The translations under genes and the position numbers were made by a program. Positions 49,406-59,024 of a stretch of DNA of 64,000 bases are shown here, piece after piece (the stretch's first letter is position 1; every line of letters starts with the position of its first letter). The notes beneath the pieces were generated by a model. That model saw nothing but the letters and a program-made list of their open reading frames with translations. It had not been told where the DNA came from and made no database searches. The stretch covers positions 3,584,001 through 3,648,000 of the forward strand of contig OZ220733.1 of assembly GCA_965116875.1 (NCBI GenBank), in the 5' to 3' direction. The DNA is from Candidatus Latescibacterota bacterium (GTDB lineage Bacteria; Latescibacterota; UBA2968; GCA-2709665).

Positions 49406-51391
49406 ATGGAAGATCGTTTCGAGCGATGGAAGCGTTTTCTGCTGCCCCTTCCGCATGAGATCACATTCGAGGGGGACGTTGACTGCCGCCCGGAGGCGGT
49501 TTCGGTTGAGGTGAGACCGGGAGCGGAACCGGCCGAGAAGAACGCGGCAACGATGCTGGAAGCGCTGTGCCTGCCTGCAGCGCAGGACGCTGCACAGGCA
49601 GGCGCCGTGGAGGCGGGGGACGCATCCACAGGCGGCGCATTTGTTATTGCGATCGGTCTGGTGGATGGCGGGCCGGATGCCGACAGGCTGAGAAAGTTGC
49701 CGAATTGCGAGCAGGCATATACGATCCGTCCGGAGGGGCGGCGTCTGGTGCTGGCCGCGTTGTCCGGACGCGGGATCACGTATGCCGCCCGTACCCTTCA
49801 CCAACTCCTTGAACCGGGTTTGTCGCCCGGCAGGATCCGTATTCCGCTTGCATCGGTGACCGATTGGCCGGACCTGGAGGAACGGGGAATGTGGAATTTC
49901 CCCACGCCGGAGGAATGGATCCCCTGGATGGCATCGATGAAGTTGAACTACGGCAAGATGGACTCCACGGAGCTGTCGACGGTGGTGCGCGGGAAGCCCA
50001 ACCACGCCCGGATCAATCGTGCGCTTATGGAAAAGGCGCGACTGCTCGGATTCAACTATGTGCCGCTCATCACCCATCTGAACTTTCTGCATGACCGCGG
50101 CCTGTACCGTGCCTATCCCGAACTGGCGGGCAAGGGCGACGGCGCGCTGGCGGGACGTTATTTCGCCCACAAGGAAGGCAACCGGCATCGGGCGCCGTGC
50201 GCGTCCCATCCCGTTCTGGTGGATATTCTGGAAGAGTGGATGGCGGATATCGCCTCGCAGGGCGCGTCCGAGGTGGGTTGCTGGCTGACCGAACGACCCG
50301 CCCAGTGTGGTTGTGACGACTGTACGGCCCTCGGGCAGTTTGTCCTCGAATCCCGGGCGTTCGTGAATGCCTGGAAGCGTATTCGACCGCGGTTTCCGGA
50401 CTTCGACCTTCGCATTTTTCTGTCCACGACGACGTCCCAGCGGGATTACCGCGTCCTGGCGGAGTTGCCTCCGGAGGTGAAAGTCGGGCGGGCATGCGCT
50501 ACCGAAATGGAACGGGTGCTGCATCTGCCCAGGGATCTCACGGCCAATCCCCTGCTGGATTACCACGCTTCGCAGGGGCGATGGATCGCGAGCTACGACG
50601 TGCCGGTCAATGCCAACGGACGGGTGGAGACCCCCGAATTCAAGGTGCCGCAGTCCTCGCCGCACCGGATCCGGGATTTTGTGGGTCATCTGATTCGACG
50701 GAATTACAGCGGCGCCTTCGGGATGATGGCGTGGGTGACCATGGGCAGGGAGACGTGCGGATACAATGTTGCGGCCCTGGCAGAGTACTCCTGGAACCTG
50801 AACGGGCGCACCGAAAGGGAGTTCGCCATCGCGTGGGCCACGAGGGAAGGGTTCGCAAGCGTCGAGGCGTTTGCGGACTGGTCTGAACTGACAGGCCCCG
50901 TTGCGTTCGACGTCTACGATTCCGACTTTCCGGTCTGCTATTCGTGGGGGAAGGCAGTTGAGATGGTTCGCCGCAAACAACGACCGTATCTCGGCGAGGG
51001 CATGTTCCGGTATTACGAAAGTGAAGCGTCCTTCGAGGAAAAGGCCGACGCATGCCGCCAGGCGATTCAGATTGCGTCTGAATTCGAGAGCCCGGATTGC
51101 GCCAATGAGACCCGCGTCGTCATGACCTACGTGGAACTTGCCCGGCGCGTCTATCTCGTTGCGGAGTCGGTGGCGACGCAAGACCTGGCCGACCCGGTCG
51201 TTCAGGCCGGACTTCAGGCGGCGCTCGAGTCGCTCGAGGCCGCCGGCGAGGCGAACGTCGCCGCGATCCGTCACTGGCGAGGGACGCTTGGGCCCGAGCC
51301 GTGGCATTTTCGGGTCCACGACGCGATTCGAGGCACGGAAGCAACCGTTCGAGAAATCGCCCGGTTCCTGCGCGAACGGTACATCAATTAA
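49406..51391 (+). CDS. Uncharacterised protein with GH20 domain-2-like (zincin) N-terminus and probable TIM barrel
   Basis: LLPLPHEI...EQAYTI...GITYAARTLHQL...VTDWPDLEERG is typical of GH20-like domain 2. Contains CGCDDC. Confidence 0.6.
   Translation: MEDRFERWKRFLLPLPHEITFEGDVDCRPEAVSVEVRPGAEPAEKNAATMLEALCLPAAQDAAQAGAVEAGDASTGGAFVIAIGLVDGGPDADRLRKLPNCEQAYTIRPEGRRLVLAALSGRGITYAARTLHQLLEPGLSPGRIRIPLASVTDWPDLEERGMWNFPTPEEWIPWMASMKLNYGKMDSTELSTVVRGKPNHARINRALMEKARLLGFNYVPLITHLNFLHDRGLYRAYPELAGKGDGALAGRYFAHKEGNRHRAPCASHPVLVDILEEWMADIASQGASEVGCWLTERPAQCGCDDCTALGQFVLESRAFVNAWKRIRPRFPDFDLRIFLSTTTSQRDYRVLAELPPEVKVGRACATEMERVLHLPRDLTANPLLDYHASQGRWIASYDVPVNANGRVETPEFKVPQSSPHRIRDFVGHLIRRNYSGAFGMMAWVTMGRETCGYNVAALAEYSWNLNGRTEREFAIAWATREGFASVEAFADWSELTGPVAFDVYDSDFPVCYSWGKAVEMVRRKQRPYLGEGMFRYYESEASFEEKADACRQAIQIASEFESPDCANETRVVMTYVELARRVYLVAESVATQDLADPVVQAGLQAALESLEAAGEANVAAIRHWRGTLGPEPWHFRVHDAIRGTEATVREIARFLRERYIN
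49570..49602. repeat. 33-bp palindromic element, in-frame intragenic copy
   Basis: CCTGCCTGCAGCGCAGGACGCTGCACAGGCAGG, read as LPAAQDAAQAG. Confidence 0.8.
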
Positions 51392-51424
51392 GCGGGTGCA
51401 GACAACACGATTCGGGGAAAGTCG

Positions 51425-52480
51425 ATGCCAATCTTTCCACATCTCAATTTAAGGCAATGCGGATACGCGATATTCGAGGCCGCCGGGCTGCCGGAGGACC
51501 AGGCGCGGACGGTAACGGACCATCTTGTGGACGCGAACCTCGTGGGGCACGACTCTCACGGAATACACCGGATGCCTGGCTACGCGCGCGGCGTCCGGGA
51601 CGGCGCCATCAAGCCGGCCGGAGGCCACAGGGTCGTCCGTGAAACGCCTGTTTCAATGACCATCGACGCTGGAGGCGGGATCGGAATCGCGGTGGCCGGT
51701 CTGGCGATGCGCATGGCGGTCGACCGTGCCGTTGAACACACAATCGGGGCCGTGGCCGTCCATCGTTCAGGCCATATCGGCCGGCTGGGCGAGTTCCCAT
51801 CGATCGCAGCGGAGCGGGACTGTATCGGCATATTGATGTTGAACGGCGGGGGTCGGTTCGCGGCGCCGTTCGGCGGCACGGGCCAGCGGTTGCCTCCCAA
51901 CCCGATCTCGATCGGCGTCCCCACGGGAGACGGGCCGCCGATGACACTGGATATAACCACCTGCATCGTGGCGGGCGGCAAAGTCGACATGTGCCGTATA
52001 CGGGGGCAACCGATGCCCGGAGACTGGATGGTCGACCGGGACGGAAACCCCGTAACCGATCCCGAGGAACTATACTCTGGAAACGCGGCCATGTTGCCTC
52101 TCGGCGGCGCCTATGGCCACAAGGGATACGGCCTGGCGATGATGATCGATGCCATCGCTGGCGGCCTTTCCTGGGCCGGGTGCAGCGCGGAGGCGCCCAC
52201 GCGAGGCGGGAGCGGATATCTGGCGCTTGCAATCAAGATCGAGAGTTTCACCGATGTGGACGACTTCAAGTCAGAGGTGCGGAAGCTGATCGACTGGGTG
52301 AAGTCGTCGCCGACGATGCCGGGAGTGGAGCGGATTTACGTACCGGGAGAAATCGAGACGGAGACCCGGAAGAAGCGGATGTCGGAGGGCGTGTTTCTGG
52401 AGGAGGCGACGTGGCTGGAGATCCGCTCCGTGGCCGAAGAACTTGGCGTGTCGTTGTTGGAAACGGGCGCAGTGGCGTAA
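51425..52480 (+). CDS. Ldh_2-family oxidoreductase (type II malate/lactate dehydrogenase family)
   Basis: GHDSHG, HIGRLG, NPISIG, GHKGYGL, YVPGE. Confidence 0.92.
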   Translation: MPIFPHLNLRQCGYAIFEAAGLPEDQARTVTDHLVDANLVGHDSHGIHRMPGYARGVRDGAIKPAGGHRVVRETPVSMTIDAGGGIGIAVAGLAMRMAVDRAVEHTIGAVAVHRSGHIGRLGEFPSIAAERDCIGILMLNGGGRFAAPFGGTGQRLPPNPISIGVPTGDGPPMTLDITTCIVAGGKVDMCRIRGQPMPGDWMVDRDGNPVTDPEELYSGNAAMLPLGGAYGHKGYGLAMMIDAIAGGLSWAGCSAEAPTRGGSGYLALAIKIESFTDVDDFKSEVRKLIDWVKSSPTMPGVERIYVPGEIETETRKKRMSEGVFLEEATWLEIRSVAEELGVSLLETGAVA

Positions 52481-52666
52481 GAAGCTGTCTTAAAATTCCC
52501 AGCGGTCTTCGCACGGCTGCAAGAGCGCCGGTCAGCGTTGGTCAAACCCACCCGTATAGACAAATATGGGCGGGTTTTCCCGCCTTGACCGCCACTCTTT
52601 CGCTCGCGCTCGGGAGCTCACCGGTAATTTTAAGACAACTTCTAAATTTCCCGATGGAGATTTCAT

Positions 52667-55294
52667 ATGCCGGATCGGCCTGGTTCGGTCATCGACTTCT
52701 GTAAGGCGGTCCTGCCGCTGCTGAACGCGAGTACGGACGGCAAACGGGTTCTGGAGGACGTGCGTGCCGTAGTGGCGACGGACCGATGGAACTCGTTTGA
52801 CCGGTTCCGGGAAACCACCGAATATCTGGTGAGCCGCTTCGAAGAATCAGGCGCGAAGGCGGAAGTGCATACCATGCGTACCGGTGGGTCCATCGGATCG
52901 GGGAGATGGATCATCCATAAGGCCGCAGACGTGCGTTCGGCGACCTTGGATGTGATTCATCCGGTAAAGAAGCGCATTCTGGACTATCGGGAGAATCCCT
53001 GGCACGTGATTCAATGGAGCGGCGCCACGCAGCCCGGAGGGATGGAGAGCGAACTGGCTGTCGTGGATTCCAGGGAGGCCCTGAGTCGAGTTTCCCGGGG
53101 CGGGCTGGACGGAAAGACGGTACTCACGCGAATGGACCCGCGCGGAATGTTGCGGTCTTTCGCGGAAGCCGGCGCGGCGGCGGTGGTCACGGATCACCCC
53201 GTGCCGAATCTGCCCAACGCGACCGCATGGACGAAATTCGGATGGGGAGGCGTACCGATTCAGGACGCGGCTGTTCAGATGGTGGGCCTGGTCCTGTCCG
53301 AAAACCAGGGCAAACGGCTGCGCGGGCTGTTTGGCAGACACGGCTCGCTGACGGTCCGGACAGACGTGGATATCCGGCATTACGCCGGCACTCACGGTCA
53401 GGTGAGCGGGGTTGTGCCGGGTGCGGCCGACCCGCAGGACGAAGTATGGGCGCTTGCGCACAGCGCGGAGCCGGGCGCGATCGACAACGCATCCGGCGTG
53501 GCGCTGTGCCTCGAGATCGCCCGCGTGCTCGAGCAGCTGATCGCAGCCGGTAAGCTGCCGCGGCCCCGCCGCACCATTCGCCTGATGAGTGCATACGAAT
53601 GTCACGGGTTCTTCAAGTACCTCGAGGATACGCAGCGTCTGCAAACCCCTCTTGCGGGCGTCGTGATCGATTCGGTGGGAAGCAAACCGTCTGTCTGCGG
53701 CGGCCGGATCGAATGGCATGCCACGATTCCGATGTCGGCCGGCTTCGTGGACAGGCTGGGCGAGACGATTCTGACGGAAACGCTCCGGCTGCGGAATCCC
53801 GGATATCGTCTGCATTTGGAGCCGTTTCAACCCACGTCCGATACGCTGATCGGCGATCCGAAATATGGGTTTCCGTGTCCCTGGCTCACCACGCATCACC
53901 ACAAGCCCGGGCGGGGGTTCGACGCGTACCACTCATCCGCGGATACGCCGGACCTGTTGAGTACAAGGGGGCTGGCTGCCTGCGCGACGGCCATGACGGG
54001 TTATCTGTACTGGCTGGCGGACGCGGGCACAGCGGAGATTGAGGACGTCGCCGCCGCGGAGACCGCACGGACGGTCGGGCGGTTGACAAGGGGGAACCCA
54101 TCGGTCGCGCAGGTCGACTACGAACGCGAGCAGCACCGGGTCATCCTGGAGAAACTTGAACGCTGGATGTGGGGCGGGCGGCGGCGGGACCTCCTGGCCG
54201 GGTTCGCCAGCCACGAGCGGGAGGTGAGGGAAGCCGCCCGGAGCGCGTCAAAAGGCAAAAGAAGAACGCGTCGCAGGCGCGTTGAAGGCGGAGACCGGAT
54301 ACCGAGGCGTACCCGTTTGCTGTCACCCATAGGTGAGAATACGCCGCCCGGGATCGCCGGCCGGATCGGCGGGACGGGGCTATCGCCCTGGGCGCTGTTC
54401 TGGGCGGACGGCAGCCGTACGCTGCACGAGATCGCGCAGGCCGTAGCGAGCGAAACCGGGAGCACGGTCAGGACGGAGCACGCAATCGAATATTTCGAAG
54501 CCCACAGTGAATTGGGATACGTGGAACTTATCGACGAATCGGAGCGGGTGACGCGCGAGGGCCTGATGAAGGACCTTGACGCGCTGGGCCTCGCCAGGGG
54601 CATGGACGTCATGGTGCACAGTTCCCTGTCATCGATCGGACACGTGGTGGGCGGCGCGGATACCGTAATCGAATCGCTGCTGGCGGTGATCGGAAAGCGC
54701 GGCACCCTGATGATGCCGTCGTTCAATCACCGGGCCGCACAGGTGTACAATCCGATGACAACGCCGACGACCAACGGAGCGATCCCTGATGCGTTCTGGC
54801 GGCGCCCGGACGCGGTCAGAAGCGACCATCCCACGCACGCCGTGGCTGCCGTGGGGCCGCGGGCCGAAGCCTATTGCAGGGACCACGGCAAAAAGGGACT
54901 CTGGACGCCTGACAGCCCGATCGGCCGGCTCGTACACGGAAACGGACACATCGTCCTGCTCGGTGTCGACCACAACGCCACAACCGCTTACCACGTGGCG
55001 GAGTTATCCGTGCCCTGCGGCTGCATCGACCCGTTCGGGAATACCTATCGAGTCGTATCGGCCGATGGCAACGTGCGCAGGGTCCGGGGGCTGGCGTTCA
55101 GATCGGCGCTGTGTCCGGTGCCGCCGGGAAAGCTGAACAGGGCTCTGGATCGCAGGGGGAAGCAACGCCGCGGAAAAGTGGGTAAGGCCGATTCGATCTT
55201 CGTCCCGGCAATAGAGGTCTGGAAGGCGCGGCGGGACCATCTCCGGCGCGTATGTCCGACGTGTGACATCAAGCCCGCTATCGTGGCGCCATAG
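52667..55294 (+). CDS. Fusion: M28/DUF4910-like metallohydrolase plus AAC(3)-family N-acetyltransferase
   Basis: AHSAEPGAIDNASG, YECHG, IDSVG, YHSSADT, then a wHTH. From about aa 628: VMVHSSLSSIG, GTLMMPSF, RSDHPTHAVAA, LLGVDHNATTAYHVAE. Confidence 0.8.
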   Translation: MPDRPGSVIDFCKAVLPLLNASTDGKRVLEDVRAVVATDRWNSFDRFRETTEYLVSRFEESGAKAEVHTMRTGGSIGSGRWIIHKAADVRSATLDVIHPVKKRILDYRENPWHVIQWSGATQPGGMESELAVVDSREALSRVSRGGLDGKTVLTRMDPRGMLRSFAEAGAAAVVTDHPVPNLPNATAWTKFGWGGVPIQDAAVQMVGLVLSENQGKRLRGLFGRHGSLTVRTDVDIRHYAGTHGQVSGVVPGAADPQDEVWALAHSAEPGAIDNASGVALCLEIARVLEQLIAAGKLPRPRRTIRLMSAYECHGFFKYLEDTQRLQTPLAGVVIDSVGSKPSVCGGRIEWHATIPMSAGFVDRLGETILTETLRLRNPGYRLHLEPFQPTSDTLIGDPKYGFPCPWLTTHHHKPGRGFDAYHSSADTPDLLSTRGLAACATAMTGYLYWLADAGTAEIEDVAAAETARTVGRLTRGNPSVAQVDYEREQHRVILEKLERWMWGGRRRDLLAGFASHEREVREAARSASKGKRRTRRRRVEGGDRIPRRTRLLSPIGENTPPGIAGRIGGTGLSPWALFWADGSRTLHEIAQAVASETGSTVRTEHAIEYFEAHSELGYVELIDESERVTREGLMKDLDALGLARGMDVMVHSSLSSIGHVVGGADTVIESLLAVIGKRGTLMMPSFNHRAAQVYNPMTTPTTNGAIPDAFWRRPDAVRSDHPTHAVAAVGPRAEAYCRDHGKKGLWTPDSPIGRLVHGNGHIVLLGVDHNATTAYHVAELSVPCGCIDPFGNTYRVVSADGNVRRVRGLAFRSALCPVPPGKLNRALDRRGKQRRGKVGKADSIFVPAIEVWKARRDHLRRVCPTCDIKPAIVAP

Positions 55295-55329
55295 GCGGAC
55301 ATCCCCACACCTGGAGAGAGTAGAACGCC

Positions 55330-56625
55330 ATGAATACGGCGCGATCCGCAGCGCTCTTCGATTCGAGTTCTCGCTACCTCGCGATGGGTGTGTCATCCGG
55401 GATGAGACGCGCCGTGACCTCTCCGCCGCTTTTCTTCGAGCGGGCTGACGGGCCATATTACCACGACGTGGACGGGAACCGATTGCTGGACTACACACTG
55501 GCGTGGGGACCGTTGATCCTTGGTTCGAACCACCCGGAGCTGAACGCGGCGGTGACGGCGGCGGTCCGGAGTTCATACACCCTGGGCGCCCAGCATCCGG
55601 GCGAGATCGCGTTCGCAAAGCTGCTGGTGGAAACACTTCCGGGCGTGGACCAGGTGATTTTCTCCAATACGGGTTCCGAAGCCGTTCATGCGGCGCTGCG
55701 GCTTGCCCGCGCGGCCACCGGACGGGCAAAATTCGTCAAATTCGAGGGGCACTATCACGGCTGGTTGAACAATATTCTGGTGAGTTACCACGAATCCGAC
55801 GAAGCGCTTGGCCCTCCGGAGGCGCCCCGGGTCGTGGCCGCGTGCGGCGGGCAGCCTGCGGCGGAGTTCGCGGAGACGGTAACGCTTCCCTGGAACCGTA
55901 TCGACCTGCTGGAAGACCTGTTCGCCAGGAGGGGCGGGGAAATCGCGGCGGTGATCACCGAGCCGGTGCTGGCCAACTCCGGATCGATCATGCCCGGGGA
56001 GGGGTTCCTGAAAGGAATGGTCGACCTGTGCCGGAACTATGGCGCGGTTTCGATATTCGACGAGGTCATCACGGGTTTCCGCCTTGCGCTTGGCGGCGCG
56101 CGGGAATACTTCAACGTCATCCCGGATCTGTCGGTCTACGCAAAAGCCCTCGCCGGCGGCTTTACACTGTCCGCCGTTGCGGGCTCGCGGAGCATGTTCG
56201 ACGCACTCAGAGACGGCGCGACGATCCACGCGGGAACGTACAACGGCAGCACGGTCAATCTGGCCGCGGGGCTTGCGACGGTGAAGATTCTCGGCGCAAA
56301 TCCCCTGGCTTTCCGGCAGATGCATGGGCATGGATACGCGATTCGGCAGGCGATCGAATCGGCCGCGGTTTGCAGGGGAATACCGGTATGCACCTCGGGA
56401 GCAGGTACCGTCTTCAACGTTCACTTTGGCGTGCAGTCTCCACCCGCGCACTATCGGGAACTGAGGAAAACGGATATGGCGCTTTACAACCGGTTCCGGG
56501 CCGGCATGCTGGAGGAGGGTATACAGTTGTTGCCCGATGGCCGCTGGTACGTGGGCCTGACTCACGGCGACGAGGAATTGAACCTGGTGCGTGGGGCGGT
56601 TCGGTCGGTGGTCGCGGGGCTCTAG
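55330..56625 (+). CDS. Class-III PLP aminotransferase (GSA-aminomutase-like)
   Basis: DVDGNRLLDY, NTGSEA, FEGHYHG, FDEVITGFR, YAKALAGG, HAGTYNG. Confidence 0.88.
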   Translation: MNTARSAALFDSSSRYLAMGVSSGMRRAVTSPPLFFERADGPYYHDVDGNRLLDYTLAWGPLILGSNHPELNAAVTAAVRSSYTLGAQHPGEIAFAKLLVETLPGVDQVIFSNTGSEAVHAALRLARAATGRAKFVKFEGHYHGWLNNILVSYHESDEALGPPEAPRVVAACGGQPAAEFAETVTLPWNRIDLLEDLFARRGGEIAAVITEPVLANSGSIMPGEGFLKGMVDLCRNYGAVSIFDEVITGFRLALGGAREYFNVIPDLSVYAKALAGGFTLSAVAGSRSMFDALRDGATIHAGTYNGSTVNLAAGLATVKILGANPLAFRQMHGHGYAIRQAIESAAVCRGIPVCTSGAGTVFNVHFGVQSPPAHYRELRKTDMALYNRFRAGMLEEGIQLLPDGRWYVGLTHGDEELNLVRGAVRSVVAGL

Positions 56626-56663
56626 TCGGCGTTGGGCCAGCAGTATCTGTACGGTCAAAATCC

Positions 56664-56692
56664 TTGACAATGTCGGGGCGTTATGGTAAAAT
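56664..56692 (+). promoter_or_regulatory. Sigma70 promoter
   Basis: TTGACA-17bp-TAAAAT with extended TG. Confidence 0.75.
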
Positions 56693-56756
56693 CACAAAGA
56701 ATCCCGGAATACCCGTTCGATTCCAGGTTCAGACGGGAGTCTGGAGGAAATTGTCT

Positions 56757-57533
56757 ATGGGGATGGATGACATTCAGCCACTTCTGGATAGCTGGCCCTT
56801 CGAGCCCGACAAACTCTGTGTGAGGCGAATCAAGGGGAAGGACGGCACGGAGAAGATCCAGCTCCGGGTGGAGATGGGTATCCTGCAGATGGAGGTCGCC
56901 GGACGTCCTGACGGGCAGCGTCCTCACGGTTGTGAATCTCTGCTCCACTACTACAAGGAGAAAGCCGGGACGGCGCTGCGGGACTCGAAGTCGTTCAACC
57001 TCGATCCCGATGTCTGCCTTACGCTTCAGGTTGAAGGGCTTCAGTATTACCACCGGCGGATCAGCTTTCTGGAGCTCGGTGAATATCGACTTGCGCAGGA
57101 GGATGCTCAACGAAACCTCGACATGTTCGACTTCGTCAAGGAATTCGCGCGGGAAGAAGAAGACAGCATGGTTCTCGAGCAGTACAGGCCCTTTGTAATC
57201 GGGCATCGCATTCGCGCGGTGGTTCTTCAGGAACTTGAAGCTGAGAATTTCGATCGGGCGCTTCTGGAGATCAACAACGGCATCGAGGAGATCCAGGGCT
57301 TTTACAAAGACTACGACCGGCCCGACCTGGTGGAAGACAGTGAAGAGGTGGTATTTCTGAAGGAGTGGGCGGAGGAGATCCGAAAGGATCGGCCTAGGCC
57401 CCTTTTCCAGGACCTGAAGGAACAACTCAGCGAGGCCGTTGCCATTGAAGATTTCGAACGGGCCGCGCAGCTTCGGGACCAGCTCCAGGCGCTTTCTCCA
57501 GGGGCGGAGAGACAGCCCGGAACCCGCAAATAG
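56757..57533 (+). CDS. Conserved hypothetical protein with C-terminal UVR (UvrB/C) motif
   Basis: IQLRVEMGILQMEVAGRPDG, QYYHRR, EQYRPF, AVAIEDFERAAQLRD; RBS GGAGG. Confidence 0.8.
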   Translation: MGMDDIQPLLDSWPFEPDKLCVRRIKGKDGTEKIQLRVEMGILQMEVAGRPDGQRPHGCESLLHYYKEKAGTALRDSKSFNLDPDVCLTLQVEGLQYYHRRISFLELGEYRLAQEDAQRNLDMFDFVKEFAREEEDSMVLEQYRPFVIGHRIRAVVLQELEAENFDRALLEINNGIEEIQGFYKDYDRPDLVEDSEEVVFLKEWAEEIRKDRPRPLFQDLKEQLSEAVAIEDFERAAQLRDQLQALSPGAERQPGTRK

Positions 57534-57581
57534 GGCCGGGCGCCGGGCGCGCCTCTGAGTGCAGGGGAGGAGAACCTTCAA

Positions 57582-58883
57582 TTGGCAGTTCACGAACGTA
57601 TCACGAGGAAGGAGCCGGAACGCGCGATTCTGGTGGGGATGGAGCAGCCGGGCCATACATCCTGGGATGCAATCGACACCCTGAATGAACTTGCGTTGCT
57701 CGCGGATACGGCGGGAGCGCAGGTTGTGGACCGGGTCGTGCAGAAGCGGGATCGCATCGATCCGGCTTTTTTTATCGGTCGGGGAAAGGCTGGGGAACTT
57801 GCGCTCCGCGTGAAGCAACTCAGCGCGCAACTGGTGATTTTCGACGATGACCTGTCGCCCGCCCAGTTCAAGAATCTGGAAGAACTCGCGGGAGTCAACG
57901 TAATCGACAGGAGCCGGCTGATTCTGGACATTTTCGCCGGCAGGGCGAAGACCCGCGAAGCGCAGACACAGGTGGAGTTGGCGCAACTCAACTATCTGCT
58001 GCCGCGTCTGACGCGCCGGTGGACGCATCTGTCGCGCCAGGCCGGTCACGGCGGAACAACCGGCGGAATCGGGACACGCGGGCCGGGCGAGACCCAACTG
58101 GAAGTGGACCGGCGGGCGCTGCGGAGTCGTATCGGGGTACTGTCCAGAGCGCTGAACAGAATCACCCGTCGCCGCGTGCTCGGACGCAAACAGCGAACGG
58201 ATGGGTTTCGTGTCTCCCTCGTGGGCTATACAAATGCAGGAAAGTCAACACTGATGCGCGCACTTTCCGGCGCCGACGTTCTGGTCGAAGACCGCCTGTT
58301 CGCAACGCTGGATTCCACAACCCGCCGGGTTTATCTGGGGTACAATCGTGAGGTCCTGCTGACCGATACGGTCGGCTTCATTCGAAAGCTCCCTCATCAC
58401 CTTGTCGCATCGTTCAGGAGCACCCTCGAAGAGGCCGTGGATGCGGACCTGTTGCTGCATGTTGTCGACGTCAGTCATCCCAGGTGCGAGGATCAGATCG
58501 CGTCGGTGTATGAAACCCTTCAGGGTCTGGGCATTGCGGAGTATCCCACGTTGATGGCTTTCAACAAGATCGACCGGTCTGGCGACCCGGCGATGCAGCG
58601 GCGCCTGCGATCCGCGTTTCCCGATGGCATCTGGGTGTCCGCGCAGGAAGCCCAGGGCCTGGACGAACTTCGATGGGCGATTTACGACCGGCTCGAGGGC
58701 CAGCGAACGGTGATGAATCTGCGCATTCCACAGGCGGAAGGAAAGCTGCTCTCGGAACTGTATCGTGTCGGCGAAATTCTGAATACAGCCTATGAAGGAA
58801 ACGACGTGCTGCTGGAGATTAAACTGAGCCAGCAGAATACACGGCGGCTTCTGCCGGATGGAAGATTTCGGATCAAACGGTAA
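57582..58883 (+). CDS. hflX: GTPase HflX
   Basis: ILDIFA, QVELAQL, GPGETQLE, GYTNAGKST, DTVGF, NKID. Confidence 0.96.
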   Translation: MAVHERITRKEPERAILVGMEQPGHTSWDAIDTLNELALLADTAGAQVVDRVVQKRDRIDPAFFIGRGKAGELALRVKQLSAQLVIFDDDLSPAQFKNLEELAGVNVIDRSRLILDIFAGRAKTREAQTQVELAQLNYLLPRLTRRWTHLSRQAGHGGTTGGIGTRGPGETQLEVDRRALRSRIGVLSRALNRITRRRVLGRKQRTDGFRVSLVGYTNAGKSTLMRALSGADVLVEDRLFATLDSTTRRVYLGYNREVLLTDTVGFIRKLPHHLVASFRSTLEEAVDADLLLHVVDVSHPRCEDQIASVYETLQGLGIAEYPTLMAFNKIDRSGDPAMQRRLRSAFPDGIWVSAQEAQGLDELRWAIYDRLEGQRTVMNLRIPQAEGKLLSELYRVGEILNTAYEGNDVLLEIKLSQQNTRRLLPDGRFRIKR

Positions 58884-58956
58884 GCTGAAGCTCGGACGGA
58901 TCGCGTACAGGCGGGTTCGACCGACGGAATGCAGCATCGAGGATTGAGTTACAATA

Positions 58957-59005
58957 AACAGATAGAGGCGTTTGCGGCAGGAAACCGCAAACGCCTCTAT
59001 CTGTT
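58957..59005. terminator. Perfect 21-bp-stem hairpin between convergent genes
   Basis: AACAGATAGAGGCGTTTGCGG-CAGGAAA-CCGCAAACGCCTCTATCTGTT. Confidence 0.7.
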
Positions 59006-59024
59006 GTTCGGACGCGTGTTGTGT

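Noticed and set aside
49265-51442. 725-aa minus-strand ORF
   Set aside because: An antisense shadow of the plus-strand gene, which carries recognisable motifs.
54540-55294. Bona fide aminoglycoside resistance gene
   Set aside because: AAC(3)-family membership alone is insufficient; the domain is fused, chromosomal and without mobile context.
55330-56625. hemL
   Set aside because: It lacks the GGVNSPVR and SGTEATM signatures and has no hem context; left as a class-III aminotransferase.
55503-56756. 676-aa ORF extension of the UVR protein
   Set aside because: It overlaps the aminotransferase in another frame; the promoter and RBS support a start at 56757.
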